This document shows, piece after piece, positions 55,581 to 64,000 of a stretch of DNA of 64,000 nucleotides (its first letter is position 1; the number at the start of each line of letters is the position of its first letter). The notes beneath the pieces were generated by a model that was not told the DNA's origin, did no database searches, and saw nothing but the letters and a program-made list of their open reading frames with translations. This DNA comes from Eledone cirrhosa (taxonomy: Eukaryota), in assembly GCA_964016885.1 (NCBI GenBank), contig OZ024748.1, forward strand, positions 16,616,001 through 16,680,000, written 5' to 3'. The translations under genes and the position numbers were made by a program.

Positions 55581-58027
55581 TCATCAACGTTTAACGTCCG
55601 TGTTCCACGCTTGCATGGGTTTGGACGGGGGTAGTCCCACTTGAGGCAAGAGTGATTGTCTTGCTCGCATAGGACTGTCTGGCAGGTTTTCTACAGTTGG
55701 ATGCCCTTCCTAACACCAACCACATTTACAGTGTGGGTCTGGGAGGTTTTTACCGTGTTGCCTACACGGCCACATTATAGCGTGGACTGTGTGTTTTTTT
55801 GTCGTGACACCTACACGATCTCATTTGTTTCGGCCTCGATGGCGCGGCACCAACATAACTTTACATAGAACGGGGTGGTGTGGATGGGGTGGGGGTGGTG
55901 GGACGGGGTGTATTTTGTTAGAGATGCCTACTGGCTGGAGTAGGTTTTACTATATATTTAGGTAAGGCGGGTCTTCTCTGTTACTGAGTACCGCCAAAGG
56001 TCTCGGTCCAGTGACATTGTCTTGGAGAGGTGTAAGTGTGTGATGTCGGAGTTTATCAGCTCGTCCCAGGTTTTTCTAGGTCTGCCTATTCCGTGACTAC
56101 CGTCTATCTTTATTGCCCTGCACTTTGTTATACAGCTATCGACTTTCATGCGCATCACGTGTCCATACCAACGCAGCCTTCTCTCGAGTAAACAACATCT
56201 GATCCCTCTTATCTCTAATTTTTTCCTTAGTTCGTTTATGCTTTGCCGTTCACGTATATTACTGTTACACATCCAGCGGAGCATGCAAGCTTCGTTCCTC
56301 TCTAGTCTGCGTATATCCTCTGCACACAATGCCCAGGTCTCACTGCCATGCAGCATTGCTGTTCGTATGCAGGCATCGTACAACCTGCCTTTCATTTTTA
56401 GTGAGAACCCTTTAGCAGCTAATAGTGGTATAAGCTCTCTGAACTTTTTCCAACCAGTTCTGACTCTAGCTACAGTACTTTCAGAGCACCCTCCCCCACT
56501 GCTGATTTTATCGCCCAGGTAACGGAAGCTGTCCACTATTTCTATAGAACCCTCTGCGCAATTGAAAGAGCTAGTAGTTTGTGGGCACTTGCTGCTACTT
56601 ATTGCACCAGAGCACCGGCCACATGTAAAATCTATGTTCTTAGTTAGTTTACCTGTGATCCCACTACATCTTTTATGCACCCATACTTTGCATTTAGGAC
56701 ATAAAATGGAGTTTCTACCTACGCCTTTCCTACACACCGAGCACGACCATTTCCCAGAAGGGACCGCCGCCTTGTTTTCTTTCCTACAAACTAGTACTTT
56801 GGTCTTAGCCAGGTTAATTTTAAGTCCTTTTGACTCTAGGCCGTGCTTCCATGTTTGGAATTTCTTCTCTAGCTCGGCCATTGATTCCGCTATGAGTGTC
56901 AGGTCGTCTGCGTATAGGAGTTCCCATGGGCAGCCTGTCTTGAACTCCTCTGTTATAGCCTGAAGGGCAATAATAAATAGTAGTGGGCTGAGAACAGAGC
57001 CCTGATGGACGCCAACTTTTACGCTAAACTCTTCACTATATTCGTTGTTAATTCTAACCTTGCTGACTGTTTCTTTATACATGGCTTGTATAGCCCTCAC
57101 AAGCCATTCGTCAACGCCTAGTTTTCTAAGAGCCCACCAGATAATGGAGCGGGGGACTCTGTCGAAGGCTTTCTCCAAGTCGACAAAAGCTAAGTAGAGG
57201 GGTTTACCTTTAGCTAGGTACTTCTCCTGTAGTTGTCGTACTATGAAAAGAGCGTCTGTGGTACTTTTGCCTGACACAAACCCGAACTGCATTTCATCTA
57301 GGTCAATTCTCTCTCTGATTAGTTGCGCTATTACTTTTTCCGTGACCTTCATGACCTGGTCGATTAATTTAATGCCTCTATAGTTACTCCTATCTAGGGC
57401 GTCTCCTTTACCCTTATAACAGTTAACGATGATGCTGCTATGCCAGTCCTTCGGAACAACCCCATTCTGTACGACTTGGTTAACTATGCGGGTGACCATG
57501 GTGTGTCCCACCGTGCCAGATGCCTTCAGCATCTCAGCAACTATTTCCGAAGGCCCAGCCGCCTTACCCGTCTTCATATCCTTGATTGCCTTACTTATTA
57601 TACTCCCCTCGACTAACACTGCTGGTCCCTCTATTGGGTCGATATGGGGGAGACTGCCTTTCTCCCAATTATTCTCCTCATTTAGTAGCCTTTCATAGTG
57701 ACACTTCCAAGCTACCTTCTTATCAGCGTCGGTGATGGCAAGTGTGCCATCGTCGTTTAGTACACACTTCTCCCCGACAATATCACGGTTTTCCTTGACG
57801 CATTGCCTAGCAATCCTGAACACCTCACGTTTTTGGTCATCGCGTTGTAGAACATGCTTGAACTTTCTTTCCTCAGCTTCCCTTCTTGCTAAGTACACTT
57901 GTCTCCTAGCTTCCCTCCTGGCCACTTGATAGTCCTCTCTACTTCCCCCATCCCGCCATACTTTCCAAGCCTGCTTTTTGGCCTTAATTGACCCCTCCAC
58001 CTTACTGTTCCACCACCATGTTACTCT
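55578..58027 (-). mobile_element. RTE LINE copy including 3'UTR and (GAT)n tail, inserted in (TA)n
   Basis: The ORF above is followed by a 3'UTR with two ~50-bp subrepeats, AGGAAGGGCATCCA, and a terminal GGACGTTAAACG(TT)GATGATGA on the minus strand. TA microsatellite lies on both sides. Confidence 0.92.
55958..58027 (-). CDS. RTE-clade non-LTR retrotransposon ORF, 5'-truncated (RT domain, PHD-like C4HC3 finger, C-terminal region)
   Basis: Open frame of about 690 codons with WWWN, K..GKAAG, KGKGD...[54 protein letters not shown] and [16 protein letters not shown]. The 5' end abuts a (TA)n tract and the endonuclease domain is missing. Confidence 0.95.
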   Translation of the reverse strand, partial: RVTWWWNSKVEGSIKAKKQAWKVWRDGGSREDYQVARREARRQVYLARREAEERKFKHVLQRDDQKREVFRIARQCVKENRDIVGEKCVLNDDGTLAITDADKKVAWKCHYERLLNEENNWEKGSLPHIDPIEGPAVLVEGSIISKAIKDMKTGKAAGPSEIVAEMLKASGTVGHTMVTRIVNQVVQNGVVPKDWHSSIIVNCYKGKGDALDRSNYRGIKLIDQVMKVTEKVIAQLIRERIDLDEMQFGFVSGKSTTDALFIVRQLQEKYLAKGKPLYLAFVDLEKAFDRVPRSIIWWALRKLGVDEWLVRAIQAMYKETVSKVRINNEYSEEFSVKVGVHQGSVLSPLLFIIALQAITEEFKTGCPWELLYADDLTLIAESMAELEKKFQTWKHGLESKGLKINLAKTKVLVCRKENKAAVPSGKWSCSVCRKGVGRNSILCPKCKVWVHKRCSGITGKLTKNIDFTCGRCSGAISSSKCPQTTSSFNCAEGSIEIVDSFRYLGDKISSGGGCSESTVARVRTGWKKFRELIPLLAAKGFSLKMKGRLYDACIRTAMLHGSETWALCAEDIRRLERNEACMLRWMCNSNIRERQSINELRKKLEIRGIRCCLLERRLRWYGHVMRMKVDSCITKCRAIKIDGSHGIGRPRKTWDELINSDITHLHLSKTMSLDRDLWRYSVTEKTRLT

Positions 58028-58175
58028 CTATATATATATATATACAAATATGTATATATATATATATATATATACAAATATGTATATATATATATATATA
58101 TACAAATATGTATATATATATATATATATACATATATAAATATACAAATATGTATATATATATATATATATACAA

Positions 58176-58213
<38 letters not shown>

Positions 58214-58379
58214 TTGTATATCGACCCTATAAGGATCAAAGGCAAAGATAACCTGGCAGGATTTGAACTCAGAACGTAAATGGCCATAACTCCATGCTAC
58301 AAAGCATGGTGTCTGATGCTCTTAATAATAATAGGTTGTATAATGGGGAAAAGTAATATATGCAGACGTATTTTTCATA

Positions 58380-59925
<1,546 letters not shown>

Positions 59926-60439
59926 ATTGTATTCTATCTCTATATATGTTTATAGTGATAAAATAATATATATATTCACACACAGACATACACACAGGCA
60001 CACAAAATGCATATAAGTTATAGCTTAGTCTCGTCTCAAAATTGAGTGCGTAAATACTACTGATGATGGATAACCTTCCAGAAACATGTGTCTGACATTC
60101 TGACACAGTTACTGCAACACCTGTGACCTGACCACAACTTAGAATATTCGTAGCTTTCATATACACCCTTCTTATGAACCACAATATGTTAGTGCAATTG
60201 TTAATTAATCCTAGCCAGTTAATAAAGGTATATATATACATATCCAAATGAGCATATACATGCAAATGAGCATAAACACCCGTATTACAAACCATGCTAC
60301 AAATTAATACACATATACGCATAGATGTTGGCGTTATAAATGGGAACCAGCCATGAAATTTATGCTAAAATGACCCTTCTCACTAAGTAAACTTGGTGGG
60401 GTCGCCGGTTTAGTTGTTGATAACCTGACCCAACCATGT

Positions 60440-60645
60440 TATGATTTGTACTGGGTTACATGTTACCAATAGCACTCAAGAGTATACACACACACACACA
60501 TATATATAAGTATGTATGCAAAATGTAAATGGAACAACAAAGGAAACAACACAGTAAAAGGAAGAAATATATTAGTTTATTGCTTGATATAGAAGGAAAA
60601 CAGTTTTTACATTTTGGACAATAGTCCTTCATCAGATGTCAGAAT
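60440..60645 (-). mobile_element. Decayed Penelope-like pLTR fragment with degenerate hammerhead
   Basis: Minus strand CUGAUGA-AGGAC-UAUU-GUCC-AAAA(G12A)-UGUA at 60608-60635, with TTGAGTGC downstream at about 60473-60480. Confidence 0.45.
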
Positions 60646-60869
60646 CAGAAATAAAAAAAGAATTAGAAAGAGTGAGAAAAGGATGGAAAGAAAAAAAATT
60701 CAGGAAAAGCATGTGTGTGTGTGAATACAGTCAGCCATTTTAGAAAAAGAAAATATTATATTTAAAATGAAACAAATGCAGCGAGTTATAAGTGTGCTCA
60801 CAAATTAACAGTTCACTAAAATCAATGTTTCAGTTTTAATCTTATTTGGAGCTAAACATTTCTGGAGAT

Positions 60870-61190
60870 TTTAAAGCTTGTTCATTCAGAATGGAGAGTC
60901 TATGAACCACTGAACTATACAATCACTGGGGTCTGTAAAGCCACTACTTCTCCAAATTGAGAGATCACATCTCTGATACTATGGCAATGTGGTTAGAATG
61001 TTTCAGGAAAGAATCGTACTAATTTTATTATGGTCAAAAGCAACCAGCTATAATCCAGAAGAAGACTTCTAACAAGCAAGATGACTGGAAAACATTGATG
61101 AGCTCAGCTGGTCTCACAGCCAGGTCATTTGGAGACGGCTGTTTCTGATAGGACCCACTGGAAGGACTGTTTGAGGATTCAGACTCGACA
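60870..61190 (+). pseudogene. Degenerate RTE-like LINE C-terminal fragment
   Basis: Translates to PLLLQIERSHL*YYGNVVRMFQERIV, resembling the RTE/Rex3-type 'LLL.IERSQLRW.GH..RM' motif. Confidence 0.55.
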
Positions 61191-61888
61191 TGTATGAGGA
61201 ATATAGAAGAAAAAGAAAGAAAAAAAGAAAAGAAAAGAAGAAGAAAGGAAGAAAAGAAAAGAAAGGAAGAAAAGAAAAAAAGAAAAAAGAAAAGAAAAGA
61301 AGAAAAAGGAGAAGAAAAGAAAGAAGAAGAGGAAAAGAAGAAAAGGAAAAAGAAAAATAAGAAAAGTAAGAAGAAGAAAAAGAAAAGGAAGAAAAGAAGA
61401 AGAAAAAGAAAAGGAAGAAAAGAAAGAAGAAAAAGAAAAACTAGAAACCTCTGGACTATATAATTACTAGGGTTTGGAAAGCTTGCTCAATTCAAAAATG
61501 AGGAAGAATTAAGATCTGGAATGACAAGGTGGGGATTGTTACTTGAGTCTCTCAGAACAATTGGTGCATATTTACAAATCTCATTTACCTAAGTATATCA
61601 GAATCAAGTCCTAAAAGAAAGAATTTCATTCTTTTTTCTTCTGTGATGAATTTGATTTTAATCAAATTCAATTTAGAAATAAATAAATAAAAATATTTCC
61701 CCTAATTTTAAGAGATAATATAGATAATGCAAATAATTTCAGTAAAAGAGTGATTCAACATTTACCATTTTTTAAAATTGTATTTTCATTTATTCAATTT
61801 TTTATTTTATTTTTAAAATGGCATATCATAATGGAATTTTTAACTTAGATAAAAACTGACGTTGAAAAATTAAAATAGAATTTCACAA

Positions 61889-61962
<74 letters not shown>

Positions 61963-62141
61963 GAAACGAAAATATAATGGAAAATTGGCAACAACAATTA
62001 TATAAAAGAGTAAAAGACTATAAATTAAATTCTTAAAAGCAGATAAGAAACTTTGAAAAATGAGAAAGATGAAATAGGAAAGAGTTACATCTATGTATAT
62101 ATATATATATATATGCACATATACATATATACATACACACA

Positions 62142-62203
<62 letters not shown>

Positions 62204-62227
62204 CACACACACACACATATACATATG

Positions 62228-62261
<34 letters not shown>

Positions 62262-62387
62262 CACACACACACATATACATATGTATACACACACACATAT
62301 ACATATGTATACACACACACACACATATATGTATAAATATATATATATATGTGTGTGTGTATACATATATGTGTGTGTATATATGTT

Positions 62388-62418
<31 letters not shown>

Positions 62419-63009
62419 GTGCACGAGGTGAATAAGTCACATATACAGAGAGAGAGAGAGAGAGATGGAGGAGGGACTAAAATGAAAATATGCTGAAATA
62501 AAATTTAAAAAATAAAACAAATATAACAATACACACACACTAGAAATATATATTTTATAAAATGTAGGCGAATAAAAAATATATTTTTTAAAATTAATAT
62601 TTTTTTTTTTAAATTGCAACCATAATTTATGAAGATATATGACTACCTGGGAGAGAGAAAACTATTCTTTTTCTATTAAAAAAAATATTTTATTTTCATT
62701 AGCATCAGCAATCATTTTTATATTATTTTATTATTTTTATTATTGTCCTGTACTGTCCTTAATGTCTACTTTATGTAAACCCTTGTGGTTAATAAAGAAA
62801 GCATTATTATTTTTATTATTATTATTTTTATTATTTTTATTATTATTATTATATTTTTTACTACATGGAAAAAGTCTATGTGTCCCCTTCTGCCTCTTCC
62901 TCCACCACTTCTTTCTCCTCCTCCACCACTTCTTTCTCCTCCTCCTCTATTTTGTTATCATTACCATTTTTTTATCTCTATGTAGAAATCTCTATGAATC
63001 CTCTTATTG

Positions 63010-63665
63010 TTATCGTCATCATTATCATCACTATCATCATCATCACCACCACCACCCCCCACCACCCTCATCACCACCATCACCACCACCATCTCTATCA
63101 CCACCATCACCATTACCATCATCATCATTACCATCATCATCATCATCATCACATCAACATCACCACCACCACCACCATCATCACCATCACCACCATCACA
63201 ACCATCACCACCACCATTATCATCACCACCACCACCACCACAGCCATCACCACCACCACCACAACCATCACCACCACCACCACCACCATTATTATCATCA
63301 TTATTATCATTACCCCATATATGTCGGCCCTTGTGGCCAATAAATCAAATCATTACCATCATTACTACCATCATTACCATTATCATTACCATCATTACCA
63401 TCATTACTACCATCATTACCATCATTACTACCATCATTACCATTACCATCATTACTATTATCATTACCATCATTACCATCATTACTATTATTACCATCAT
63501 TACCATCATTACTATTATCATTACCATCATTACTATTATCATTACCATCATTACCATCATTACCATCATTACTATTATCATTACCATCATTACTATTATC
63601 ATTACCATCATTACCATCATTACTATTATCATTACCATCATTACCATCATTACTATTATCATTAG
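63010..63665. repeat. (CAT/CAC/TAT/TAC)n trinucleotide tracts
   Basis: Seen directly. Similar tracts at about 17330-17640 and 34970-35255. Confidence 0.95.
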
Positions 63666-64000
63666 TATTATGCAGAATTATTTTTTAGGAGGTGTTTTTT
63701 ATTTTTACCTTCAGACATAAAAAAATATTCATTAATCACAAAAGGTGGTCTCCACTTCACGTATTTTCTCTTTTTACCTTATTGATTAATCCAAGCTAGC
63801 CATGCTTTCTTTGATTTAATTAATAATCTCGCCCTCATTTTTTTTATACACTGATTTTTTTTTAGTTTTTTTTTATGGTGCTACTTTCCTAGCTGTTTCA
63901 TTTTTTTTTTTCATTTTTTAGCTATTAACTGTTTTTATTATTTCTAGGTATTTTTTTTTTTTACTTTTTATATCATTTTTGTATGTTTTAATATATTTTT

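Noticed and set aside
60054-60100. CTGATGA-TGGA..TCCA-GAAACATGTGTC hammerhead-like motif
   Set aside because: The core and stem II are present, but stem I does not pair beyond 2 bp and 10.1:11.1 is U-A. Possibly a decayed copy, but not supportable alone.
61194-61463. Lys/Arg/Glu-rich ORF
   Set aside because: Purine-rich (GAAAA/GAA)n low-complexity tract.
62639-63720. His/Tyr/Pro/Ile-rich ORFs
   Set aside because: Trinucleotide microsatellites open in all frames.

Overview
AT-rich, gene-poor animal DNA with very high microsatellite content. The mix of repeats (tRNA-derived SINEs, RTE LINEs with (GAT)n tails, kilobase (TA/CA)n tracts) suggests a coleoid cephalopod such as Octopus; this is an inference, not a database match. 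I found no convincing host protein-coding exon, and most listed ORFs are artefacts of simple repeats. Recognisable content: one 5'-truncated but uninterrupted RTE reverse-transcriptase ORF containing a PHD-like finger (55958-58027, minus strand), several decayed RTE fragments, a CRE-like fragment, a mariner remnant, four short non-autonomous Helitrons, piggyBac/hAT/Tc2/Tigger-type MITEs, three SINE families and several minisatellites. The most striking signal is about a dozen short (150-450 bp), sequence-diverse, non-coding islands, mostly inside (TA)n tracts. They carry minimal type-I hammerhead ribozyme motifs (two look intact, at 49061-49128 minus and 50014-50067 plus) and often form head-to-head palindromes with arms up to 199 bp. 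Five of them cluster in 1.6 kb at 49013-50604. They most resemble Penelope-like element pseudo-LTR derivatives or retrozyme-like non-autonomous retroelements.
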